A program made the position numbers and the translations under genes. A stretch of 63,106 nucleotides of DNA, the filler included, from Reticulomyxa filosa (taxonomy: Eukaryota > Protista > Foraminifera), in NCBI GenBank assembly GCA_000512085.1. It is 18 parts of 18 records of this genome, joined end to end, with 100 filler letters (N's around TTAATTAATTAA, not from the genome) between each part and the next. Parts side by side here need not be neighbours in the genome. Positions count along the whole stretch, not along the records: positions 51,807 to 55,347 come from ASPP01023483.1; positions 55,448 to 60,501 come from ASPP01022460.1; positions 60,602 to 61,788 come from ASPP01031792.1; positions 61,889 to 63,106 come from ASPP01034791.1; 14 more parts are not named here. The stretch is one strand, 5' to 3'. Shown piece by piece: positions 51,807-63,106 of the stretch. Within the stretch, counting starts at the first letter, position 1. Each line of letters begins with the position of its first letter. The notes under the pieces were generated by a model, which was given only the letters and a program-made list of their open reading frames with translations, was not told where the DNA came from and made no database searches.

Positions 51807-53604
51807 CAATCGAGCAAATCATCATAAGTGATAAATAGGCAACTCACCTTCGACTTTGTGTAATCACGCAAAAAAAAAAAAAAAAAGATAAAAATAAAGA
51901 AAAAAAGCACTTTTCACGTGTATTTACAACAAACCATGCGTGTATTCAGCTAAATGTCTTCGAGTATGACTCCGTTCTGCACGATACGAAGGCAAAATAC
52001 AAAAGCACTTGCCAACAGAGGGACAGCAAGTCTATTGAACGAGTGACACATCCAACACAAATTGATGCTTTAGTTGTCATATACGCAAACGCAGCAGGAA
52101 AAAACTCAAACCTCCAAATACAATTGTGAGGATTGAGTTAAAAATGCCTTTTCTCCGAAATAATCCAATGGAAACAGTGTCGAGCCACCCTCGACTTGTG
52201 TTTGCACCAAAGTTGGCGGTGTAACTTCAATGAATCCCTTGTCATACAAATGCTACAAACATCGACATACACACACACACACACAAGCGCTTCCAAATTT
52301 TTTAAAAAAATCATGTATATTTTGCAAGTGGAATACACAAGAAAAATCCTACTTGGCGAAATGCTTGTGTGACATAACACCGCATTTTAAGTGTCAAAGC
52401 AGTTCTTTCACTACGAATGATCCAGTGTCTTTGGTCGTACAGCACTTGCGGATTCGCATCTTTGTTGACAATCGACTCAACATCTGGGGACGAACCGCCG
52501 ATCACTTCGTAGTAATCGACCAACACTTCGATTGGACGAGCGTCTTTTTCATTTGTCTCACGTTTCACAGCTTTTCCTCGGATCACTATACTTGCTTCTC
52601 TATTCAGCAAAATGGCTTCTCGAGTGTTTATCTAAAAAAAAAAAACAAACAATCCAACTCCAAAATTATATTGATTTCAAATTTTTTTTTTTTTTTTAAA
52701 AAAAACGGTATTTGCAACTCAACAAGATCTCCTTCAAATACACATTGAATACGTGGAGGAATCCCTGTGCCATCTCTCAGGTCTACGAACATGCGCTGTT
52801 TTTGCTGTCTTATGAAATGGACCCATCTTTGATGTCAAGTCACACAAGCAAGGGCTTACTTTAAAAAAAAAAAAAAAGAAGAAATGGGAAGAGTCATGCC
52901 AAAAAAAAAACAAAAAAAAACGTACCCGCAAAGTTCTATTCTTTGATCAGCATATCGATCTGGATTTTGAAAACATTCGTCAACTGTAATACGATTGGCT
53001 TTTGGCAACGATTGATCTTCAGTAATTGTCACGGCGGATCGCAGTTTTTGCTCCAAGGTTTTATCGTGCTCCTCTTCTTTTTCTTTCAATTTCTTGGTTT
53101 TTTGCTCCTTTGTTGGATTTATGTGTTCGTATTATATTTGCTCTCTTTTTTTCTCATAACAAGTGATTGTGTTTATTGCACCCAAAAAAAAATTTTTTTT
53201 GATTGGTTGACTCACTAAACATTTTGTGCTGCTTGCTTCATGCGCTTTTTGTACTCGGTTTTGCTCATTGTTTTTCCTGTTGATGGGTCAATGGGTAGTT
53301 TACTTATTGGATCCGTCTTCCATCCTGTTATTGCATCTATTTCACTTTTTTCTTCTTGATATTGGCTATACGACTAACAACACATCCATTTTTTATCTTG
53401 TTTGCTATGTCTTATATTTTTATTTTTGTTTTTGTTTTGTCTTTTTTGCTCTTACTTTTTTATGTTCTCCAAATCTACGTAGCTGACCCTTGTGCACTAC
53501 AACAGCTTGCAAATTTGAAAATGAGATTTTGTTGGCAAGATTCTTGTGATTTAATGTATACACTATCCCTTGAACATAAGAGCGCCATGAATTTCGGCGG
53601 ACAT
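51807..53604 (-). CDS. NARS1: Cytosolic asparaginyl-tRNA synthetase, 3'-truncated, multi-exon (N-terminal exons uncertain)
   Basis: Spliced [68 protein letters not shown] and [18 protein letters not shown]. Confidence 0.93.
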
Positions 53605-55945
53605 ATAGCCCTTCTTTGATCCCTCGAAAAACAACATTTGAATGTGAATACATTAGCTCCTTTTTTTTTGAAAAACAACGCAAGTTCAACGATTCAAAAA
53701 TTGACAAATAAGTGTGATATTAGACATAAAAAACATCATTAAACACATGAAAAAGTCGGAAACTATATCCTCAGAAAAAATTAACTTTCATATCAACACT
53801 TATTGTGTTTGAAAAATCCAAAACAATTGGTGTCATTGGATTTTAATATATTAATAAAAAAGATTTATTGAAGGCTTGTAACTATCACACGAATTTGTAT
53901 TCCAGTAATATATATTAAATTTACTTTCTCAAATCCAAATGTATTATTTTCTGCATCATATTTAATAAATTGAAATACTAATTAATAAAAGAGTTATAGA
54001 AACGAAGATTTGACAATTGCAACGTGAAAAAAAATAATAACTAGCATTATTTTAAAAATGTATAGTAAGTCACTAAAATATTATCAAACTATAAATGATC
54101 TGTGTGCTGTACTGTATCAAGATCAAATGCAAACACAAAATAATTTTGGAGAATCTATTGATAAAAACATTATTGTGCCATGAATTGTAGACTTTGCATG
54201 CATTTGGCATAAATATCGACTAAAACAATTATAGTGCAAAAACATGTTGATCTAGTAAAACTAGAATGTAAAATCAACAAATAAATTCGAAATTAGTCAA
54301 ATATCAGACATTAAAATGAAGTTGGAGCTGAAGCATCTAACAAAACAATTTCCATTAAATAAGGCATATCATGAAGATTTCAAAATACAATTGTATGAAG
54401 TTGTTAGCTAGTATCGACTGGAATATCAAGCGTAATACGAATAGTTGCCCTTTAAGCAATCTTTCAAATAACGAAACTAGTTTAAATAAAAGAAGAATAT
54501 AAAATAACATGAGAATAAGATAAGTTGGAAGAAAAGGTAAGTAAATTGTTGTAAAAAAGGGTTTTCTTAGGTTATTCAGGAGCATCTAACAAACTTAAAC
54601 AATATATTGAAAATTGTTCATGAAAAGATTGTTTAAATTAGATATATTTTCTGTTATACACATATACATAAAAGATAAAAAAATGTACTAAAAAACGTAT
54701 TTATAATGTCGAATGGTTTGTACTGGTATAATATTATGTAATTTTATTTCAATTGACTTTTCATCGAATAATGTAATCACAGCTAGTACATATTAATAAC
54801 GTATATTTACACACTTACTACTTCTTGATTACTACATATTTGAAAAAAAGTCTATTCGAAAGCATTCTACTTATTAAAACAATTTAAAATACAATTTGTT
54901 GCTAAATATTAGTTCTTTCAATTAGAACTTGCCTTTCTGTTACAAGTAACATCAGCAAAATGTTTATCTGATAACTTAAATCAATAAAGTGCTAAATGTA
55001 TACAAGCAAAAATCAAAAAATTAACATGATTGTTTTTTGATATTTATTTAATATATTTTGTAGAAACAATATATACTTAGCTTTTGTCTTATAATTTTGA
55101 TCCACTTAGTACAAATCAAATTGGTGTAAGGCAAGCCCATATTATACAATATCAAAAACTAATTGAACGGTGGGACCTCCGGTGGGTTAAACTATTGTAG
55201 TGATACATGAGTCATAGCTGACTCCAGAGTTTTAATAACTCAACTAATAAAACATTCAATCTTTTTGTTCTCAATTTTCTTGTACGTTTTAGTTTAGCTG
55301 AGATCTCTTTCTTGCATCTCTCTACAATGTGCTGAAAAAAAGTTAATNNNNNNNNNNNNNNNNNNNNNNNNNNNNNNNNNNNNNNNNNNNNTTAATTAAT
55401 TAANNNNNNNNNNNNNNNNNNNNNNNNNNNNNNNNNNNNNNNNNNNNCTCAAAATCCCTTATCTTTTTTTCCAATTATCTTAATAAAACATGCAAAAAGG
55501 TTATATTCATAATTTATTCCATTGTCAAATAAGTTAACAAAACCAAATTTCAAAAATTATCATGGGATACTATGTCTTAAATTTTTACAATCGAAAAAGA
55601 AAAGAAACAGCACTAGTGATTGCGGCTATGGGATTAATCTATGTTATGGACAGAGTGGTTATATTCGTAACATCTTTCCAACAACAAAAATCCTTGAGTG
55701 GCCGATTCATTTTAGTAATTCAAATTTAAAAAATCACTGCTGGAATGCACTGCAAAAGGATCAAGTATTACCACATCTATCACTAATACAATTTATTTCA
55801 TAGAAAATAAGAAATTTTTGCAAAAAAGTAAACCATCTTATTGCCTTTTTAAAAAATATTTTTTGAACATACTCAAATTCGCAAATTTTTTGTAAAAATT
55901 TACAAAATCAATATAGATAAATAAAAATCATAATCAAAACCGTAT

Positions 55946-57247
55946 TTAAAGAGTACATGATTTATATCTTTTTCTACTGTATTTAAAGATAATTTGATCA
56001 AAATCATTTATCCATCCTAGTTTTATCTTTAAAGTTCGAATCCAATATTGAATAATAAATTTTATTTCATTTTTTGACTGTTCGTTATTTTTAATCAGTT
56101 TTCATAAAATAAAATGTACTGTGATTAAAAAATAAATAGATACACAAACAATTACCAACTGTAAAACATCCCATACACGCACACTAGTCTTTATGTGAGT
56201 TGATACTTTTGTCCTTTTATTATCTAATCCTCCAATGATATGCATATGATTGAAGTCTTCATCCAATATTGCAACAGAATTTTTCAATGGACTGGGTAAA
56301 GTGTTTTGAAATGTCATCCATTTGTTTTCTTGAATTGCATACTTGTTCACAGATTTTGAAGTAACACTGTTATCAATATTCCACCCACCAAAAAACAAAA
56401 TAATATCATTGATGCATACATATGCATGTGAATTAAATGGTGCAATATCATCACAAACATGTAGTTGAAGAAATTGAAAAGTGTTGTTATCTTCATCATA
56501 TTCAATTGATAATCCTGCCTTTTTACAAAATAACAGCATTTCATAATTTTGTTTATTTTTTCCTTGGTTTGTTTGCGTCATTTCTTGCCATTGTCCATTT
56601 TCTGGCCTTGATACAAAGCAATGAAGAAATATTGAATTATCGGTTGGTAAGGTATCATGTTTAATAAATTGAAATGTATTTAAATCAAACACACTAATAT
56701 TATGTGGATAAAAAGTGATAAATAACAAATTGTTGTTACTTCCACCAATTACTGCACGCACTCCGAGATAATTATCATTATCTCTTCCAATGATAATTGG
56801 ATAATTGTGATTGTCTGTAAAAGGAATCCATTGGTTGTAATTATTTGGTTTTTTTGATATATTACTCCAGACGCTTATATATTTCATCACCAGCGTATGC
56901 CTTGAATTTTCATCTCCACCAAAAGACAGCAAAGTGATTTGATTTTTGTCTTTGTTATTGTTATCTACCAGTTTCACTACACAATGCCCCCATAATCTCA
57001 CATCACTTGGATACTCACAGATAAATTCGTATTCATTTTTGAGTGTATGGTAAGAATAACAGGCTCTTTTATCAACACCTCCACAAATGAGGATTTCATG
57101 TTTGTGTAGCACACATTGAGATTGGTCAAGCGGTGTGGGTAAATCCTTCAAACTTTGAAAGATAGTCGAAGTAATAAGATGTTGACTTTGTTTAGTTTGC
57201 TCATTTTGTCTTTTAGGAGATTCCTGAGCTGTATTCCGATTAGCCAT
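55946..57247 (-). CDS. Kelch-repeat beta-propeller protein with a C-terminal WIR..GWINDF module; exons 57247-56156 and 56077-55946
   Basis: LKDLPTPL..SQCVLHKHEILICGG, LLSFGG, AVIGG, ILFFGG and HIIGG. Phase-0 intron 56078-56155, then SKNEIKFIIQYWIRTLKIKLGWINDFDQIIFKY. Confidence 0.85.
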
Positions 57248-57811
57248 GTGGTTAAGTTGTGAATTTTTTAAGTAGTTTTTTAACGGAGAGACATGACCCT
57301 GGAAAAAAACCAAATACAAAAACAAAAAGGCTTGTTAATTGCAATAAATCATTTAAATAAAATTTAAATTAGGATTAAAAGTTAATTGATGTCTTTTTTT
57401 TTTTTAAGAGAGAAAGAACGTTATATCTACTTGCTACTTGTTGTTTAGTGACTTAGATAAAATGCAAACTGCGAGAACTAGTCGATAAATTGATGTAGAT
57501 TGGCGCACATTCTTTTTATTTGGTAGTAGTCAGTTATAACGAAATAAAAAAATTGCTCATTACAAATTCTTTAAAATTAATAGTTAAATGTAAGATCATA
57601 TGACAAACATAATAACGACAGTCCAATATTCTGTTATACCAATTTTAAACAAATTTTTCTGTTTTGTTTCATTTTAAAAAGCCACAGACATGCTCAATTT
57701 ATTTTTCACGTGCCAAAGATCTTTGGTAGCCCCTTCATTGATAAAAAATTCAAAGTTTTTTCATTTTGCGTCACCGACAATCCCAAGAAAAAAGCAAAAG
57801 AAGTTAAAAGA

Positions 57812-59560
57812 ATGAATGTTCTCAACACTGGAAAAGGAACTTCAATAAGGCTCTTATTGGTAAGCTTATTTAATCTTTAAGAAAGTTAGTTGTTTTTATA
57901 TTTTATGTTTGTGATTATATCAGTTAGAAAAAGAGATCCAAATCATTATTCGGCATTGGATTCGAATATTATATATTAAATTTGGATGGATCAACGATTT
58001 TAAAAAACTCGTTTTGATTATGTTATGTTTCTTCGTCAGCTGACAACGCTATCCGTTTTTGAAATTACGACAACTATCAGCAATTATAAATATTCAATGG
58101 ACACACAAGTTGTATTTGTGGCATTCACTTGATTTTTATATCTTTTCAATATTTTCCATTCTCTTTCTGTTTCAATATCTCATATTCGGATTGTATTATC
58201 TGATAAACAGGATGCAATAAATTTACCATCTGGAGAAAATTTTTGCATGTCTTACAGTATCAGAATGTTCTTCAAATTGTTTCAATCTTTCACCAGATTC
58301 TATATTCCATAGACTAATTATTTTATCACTTGATGGTGCGATTATTTTACCATCTGGTGAAAATTGTGTACTTGATACTCTTTTTGAATATTCGATTAAT
58401 TGTTTTATTACTATTCCAGAATGTGCATCCCATAATAGTATTGTGCTATCTAGTGGACATGATACAATATACTTTCCATCTGGAGAAAAATCTACATACA
58501 TATCTGATTAAGATTGCTTTTGAATATTACTTCAATTCCTGTATTAATATCCTGTAATCGGATTGTGTTATCATATAAACATAAAACAGTACGTCCATCT
58601 GGTGAAAATTTGGCAAAATTGGTGAAATATTCAAAAACCTGAAGTTCTTTTCTCGATGCAATATCTCAGATTTGAATTTGGTGAAATGATGCTAAAAAAG
58701 TCTTGTGGCCATCTGCAGAAAGTCTTATACCTTCATTATGAATGTGTAATGCATTTAAAATTATTGATAATTCAAAACCTCTTATTTTTAAAAAAATGAA
58801 AAGTATTTGATAACAGCCTTTAACATAATTATATATATATATACATATATATGATACTACTTAACATATTTGATAATAATTTTGTTAAAATCATTGAAAT
58901 TTTCATCATATCATTATCATAATCATCGTCAAAATGTTATTTGTTCTTTCATCAATTGACAAAAGCATTTGTTTTTGGGATTTCAAACATAATCAACAAC
59001 TGTAAGTACTCAATGGACATACATTGAGTATCAATCGTATTGGATTTTTGTCATTTAACGTGGTCTAATATTCGTTTATGTGATGTTGAAAACATCTAAT
59101 TCATTGCATGTTTTTGAAGGACATAAACATGGTGTTCAATGTATTTCACCATTGCAAAGTAGTAACAATAAAAATGATAACAAAAGTAATAATATTGGCG
59201 TGATTAATGGAAATGGATACACTATTTGTTCTGGGTCATGGGATAAAACAGTTCGAATATGGAATATTGAAACGACAAAACAATTGATTGTATTCGAAGA
59301 ACACCATTTGCAGTAAATAATAATGAAGTTGGTGGTAGAACAAATGCGATATATTCTGAAACAAGTGATAATACAATTATATTCGATCAAACAAGAAGGA
59401 ATTATATATGATTAATGAGAGAGATAAAGATATAACATGTCTTAAATTTGTATCATTGAAAAGAAAAAAAATGAGCAAAAAAAAAAAAAAAACCGAATGG
59501 AAATGTAGTGTTAATTTATACTATGGTTCAAGCAAAGGTCCCATTCGTGCTTGTGGACGG
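57812..59560 (+). pseudogene. WD40-repeat pseudogene with an N-terminal WIR..GWINDF module, interrupted by an inverted paralog
   Basis: EKEIQIIIRHWIRILYIKFGWINDFKKLV and FNGHT; resumes at ~58900 with CFWDFK, FEGHK and ICSGSWDKTVRIWNIET. Stops and frameshifts throughout. Confidence 0.75.
58130..58896 (-). pseudogene. Second WD40 pseudogene fragment in the opposite orientation
   Basis: NDFNKIIIKY followed by an intron, then repeated FSPDG..DxTI..WD units with stops. Confidence 0.75.
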
Positions 59561-60049
59561 ACACATATGAATGAATTTTGTTTTGAGAAATTTTAGCATT
59601 TAAAAATAAAGGAAATGGCATATGTTTCAATTAATATTTATTCCACTTGGCAAAATGCTTTTGCTCTCTTTGTAAAAATCCTGCAAATACAAAATAACCT
59701 TGCAATTCTTATCTCAAAAAAAGTTTGACAAGAGGAAAAAAAACAAGTACAAAAATCGCTTTGTGTTTGGATGCCATTAAATGACTCTTTTTTAGGACGT
59801 GTTCTCTCCTTGGCCGCCATCCTCTGTCTGTTTTTCAAAAAATGTTTCATGAGCTGAAATTCTATAAAATTGTTCAATATTTACGGGTCAAGTTAACTTA
59901 TGCACAAAATATAATAAAAATCAAAAATGACGTCAAAATTTGTGTTTTGTTCTTCCAAACTGGGACTTGTTCAAAAAAAAACTGCAAGATTTTGGGTTTC
60001 AGTTGTTCTTTTTTTTTTTTGTAAATTAACGCAGAAATTAGCTTTCAAA

Positions 60050-60501
60050 ATGGCCATAACATTGACGAAATTGCCTACATTATTAGCAGTATTAAGTTAC
60101 ATTACTCAGTGTTTGTCAGTGAAACCGAAACTTGTATTTTTTTTTTTTTACATAATTTGCAGTATACTAATTTTTTAAAGGATCGAAACAAAAAATTATG
60201 TATATACATATTTTGTTTTTTGTTTTGCAGTGCTTATCAAATTGAGTGCATGCGAAGCTGTGAACAAGAACGCTGGGATAATTTATCTGAAACAGAAGCA
60301 TTTTGATACAGGAACAGTTCGAATAACAAAGTCAGGGAAATACCAGTTATGTGAAGACATTTCATTTAACCCATTAAGAAACGTCGATCACCCAAATGAA
60401 GAAGGGGCATATTATCCATTGGAAAGTGAGGCCGATTTGTATCCAGGTGTGCAAAAAAAAAAAAAAGAGTCAATCTAGCTGCATACATTACATCCAAATA
60501 A
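60050..60501 (+). CDS. Putative secreted protein, partial (beta-helix-like N-terminus)
   Basis: Signal-like MAITLTKLPTLLAVLSY, an intron, then YLKQKHFDTGTVRITKSGKYQLCEDISFNP. Confidence 0.4.
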
Positions 60502-60601
60502 NNNNNNNNNNNNNNNNNNNNNNNNNNNNNNNNNNNNNNNNNNNNTTAATTAATTAANNNNNNNNNNNNNNNNNNNNNNNNNNNNNNNNNNNNNNNNNNN
60601 N

Positions 60602-60742
60602 AAGAAGTTCAAGACCTTTGTGCTGTGCAAGCTGCTGCGTCGGCATCAGTGGAAGTTTATTCGCCCTTACAACAACTTCGAGGCCATGTTCGAGTGCAAA
60701 CACTGTGGGATGGTGTGGGTTCCGGATGTAGGGGGTGATTAA
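60602..60742 (+). CDS. Small prophage-type Cys/His protein, C-terminal part (DUF1660-like)
   Basis: KKFKTFVLCKLLRRHQWKF..ECKHCG* has the C-x5-H-x-W..CxxCG pattern and GC-richer codons. Confidence 0.45.
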   Translation, partial: KKFKTFVLCKLLRRHQWKFIRPYNNFEAMFECKHCGMVWVPDVGGD

Positions 60743-60952
60743 TTGAAATAGAAAATATTATTTCGAGTAACGATGACCAATCTCACACCTAATTACACAA
60801 CAGGATCCATTCCGTCTACAAATAGCACGAAATAATGCACCCTACCTTGCTAATACTTTACATGAAACACACTCAGATCACAATTTCGAACCCAAAGAAG
60901 GCTTACTCTAAAAAATCGGATACGGAATTTAAATTCTACCAAGGAGAGTATT

Positions 60953-61788
60953 TTGAGCATCAATGACATCACCGCGGCATTTACCGCATACAAAGTCAAA
61001 CAATGTGGTGTTGCAGCCGAAATGCAGAGAGGTGTTAAACTAGGCAATTTCAAAGAAGTTTTTGATAACATATATGAATGGTTCAAAAAGAAACCAGAAA
61101 TGCTTCTTGAGGACTTATGCACTTACAACATCAATGAAGACTGGCACGGATCATTCAGAGAAACGTATCTATTGAACATCCTGAAGGAGGAGACAAGCGG
61201 CGACTATCTACTTGTCTTTTGGAATAGGACCCAAGAAAATGGCTCATCAACTTTCGGACTTAGCAGCGATGTTAAAGTTTCTGAAATAGAGAAAAGCAAA
61301 AAGAATATACAAGAATCTGCACTTAGCGATTCATTTGTTCCTGGGTTTGCAACATACTACTGGGTAATGCCAGCGCTAGACATATACGTCCCTATACTTT
61401 TCTCTGGCACAAGAAGCAACCAACCGGCCTTCCACGCTTGGGTAACTGGTTTCATTCAGAATGAAAGCAAATACGCAAAGTTCGAGAATGATGAATTTAA
61501 AGGCTATATTATTGACTCTATTCCACAACGTGATATTGACGGCAAAATCCTATCACCAAGATTCTCGTCTAACATAATGCACTCAGCCGCAAAACACGAA
61601 CTAATCCGAAGAAATAGAAATAAAATAAAAGGGATTGAACGCAGAACAACCTTAAAAAGGGTGTTAAAAGATCAGCAAGATTGGTTTAAAAAATTTCTTG
61701 GCGCCCCAAGTGCAACTCAAATAAACACACCATTAAGATTCCAAGCATTCGTAATTCCTAGTGAAAATGAGTTAGAAGAAATTCTCAA
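60953..61788 (+). CDS. Bacterial hypothetical protein (>278 aa, 3'-truncated)
   Basis: Intronless ORF with a TTG start and AAGGAG RBS; no recognisable family. Confidence 0.7.
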
Positions 61789-61888
61789 NNNNNNNNNNNN
61801 NNNNNNNNNNNNNNNNNNNNNNNNNNNNNNNNTTAATTAATTAANNNNNNNNNNNNNNNNNNNNNNNNNNNNNNNNNNNNNNNNNNNN

Positions 61889-63106
61889 TAGATCTTTTCC
61901 TTGATTTTTGTTTTTATTTGAGTACTGTGTTCTAATTGGGACGAGGTGCTCTTTTTACTGGGATAAGATCTCATTCTTGCTAAAAAAAAAAAATCTTGCT
62001 AGAAAGTTTTCAACTAGTAGAAAAATTTTATTTTATTTTTTTTTAATCGTGCAATTTGCTTTGATAATTTGCCCCAGTGTGGATATTGGTCAGGCTGGAA
62101 CACAAATTTCAGATGCATGAATATATGTTCTTTACAATGTAGACAATTTTCATATCCAACATCATATTGCTTAATAATTATTGTGTACAATAAATTGCAC
62201 ACAGATAAACTTGGACGAATTTTTTTATACGAGCATAGGAACGTTAAATATCCAAGTTTCTTTGATGCTTTGCTGTAAACGTAGTTGATATGTTGCTGGA
62301 ATATCATTTACTGGTCAATAATCAATTCCAAATATTTCAAATTGTCTGCCACTTCAATTTCATTTTTGGATATTTTCGTTTGTTTTCATCTTGAACGTAA
62401 TCGATAACATTTTCCATTTTGATGACCATAATGACACATTACCCAAACTTGTTTGAATCAATAACAATTGTTTTTCCATCTCCTTCTAATCATTGGTATA
62501 AATAGATGTCCACAACGCACATCATCTGCAAACATTCACATCGAATTGGATCTTGAACTGGCTCCACAATGTCGTTGTTGTACAATAGAATAATGGAGGT
62601 AACGATGACCCTGTGCCAAGATTGGAATACTGCTTGACATTTTCATACCACATTAGTCTTGTAATGATCATTTACAATAATTTCCCCACCATTTTTGATC
62701 ATTTGATTGTGGGATGAAACATATCTCAATGCTTCAATTACTTCTTCCACTGATTGATACTGTTCTTTCGTTTCTTCAGAATAACTTGGTGGTTGTGGAG
62801 GTTAAGAGAACCACAATACAAACATTTCCGCTTTGTCTTTGCAATATTTACTGTTGTCGATGAAGGAATAGCTGAAATCTTTCAATTGCATTGCCGCTTG
62901 TTTAATTTCTGCTTTTTCTATACTTCCAATATTTTGGATTTTGCTGTGGCATCTTGGACTAACGGTTTGATGGAATCGGCAAAACAGTGACTGTTGGCCA
63001 TCGTTGCAAAGTCTTATTTCGATACAAATTCCATGTTTCAATTTTCTGTTTCTTAATTTCTTGAGATGAATAATGCGCCTGGACCAAATTTTTTTTTTTT
63101 TTTTTT
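61889..63106 (-). mobile_element. Decayed non-LTR (LINE) reverse transcriptase
   Basis: Minus-strand QGSSLP, MFADD (62520-62535), KYL and KASKKLGYL..SVCNLLY motifs occur in RT order, with stops and deletions. Confidence 0.8.

Noticed and set aside
9306-61888. Regularly recurring TTAATTAATTAA flanked by Ns, resembling a repeat array
   Set aside because: These are artificial scaffolding linkers, so gene adjacency across them (including bacterial next to eukaryotic genes) is not evidence of HGT or of an operon.

Overview
This window is not one locus. It joins 18 unrelated contigs with identical 100-nt artificial linkers (N-run, TTAATTAATTAA, N-run), so adjacency across linkers has no meaning. 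Fifteen contigs come from an AT-rich, intron-rich protist; the Kelch/WD40 families and the intron style suggest a foraminiferan such as Reticulomyxa (inference). They encode calcineurin A, RPS29, GDP-mannose pyrophosphorylase, a TPR protein, exportin-4, a calponin-like protein, an aftiphilin/synergin-like adaptor, an Rrp6-type HRDC fragment, a GH127 glycosidase, a DEP-domain protein, HAS1, ALG9, a phospholipase B-like protein and AsnRS, plus Kelch/WD40 genes and pseudogenes and decayed LINEs. Three contigs are bacterial or prophage (M6 protease; sod/bfr; a prophage gene plus an unknown gene). Top candidates: (1) a ~30-aa exon-encoded module (IIxxWIRxLxIKxGWINDFxxII) fused to the C-terminus of a Kelch protein, the N-termini of two WD40 genes and, diverged, to a SPRY-like gene, which may be an undescribed shuffled E3-adaptor box; (2) unusual splicing signals (mostly GTT donors, poly-A acceptors, a GC-AG intron, intronic hairpins); (3) a G-to-C synonymous polarity across long exons, bracketed by A-tracts and T-tracts; (4) a calponin with unfamiliar 34-aa repeats. 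Gene models were spliced by eye and boundaries are approximate.
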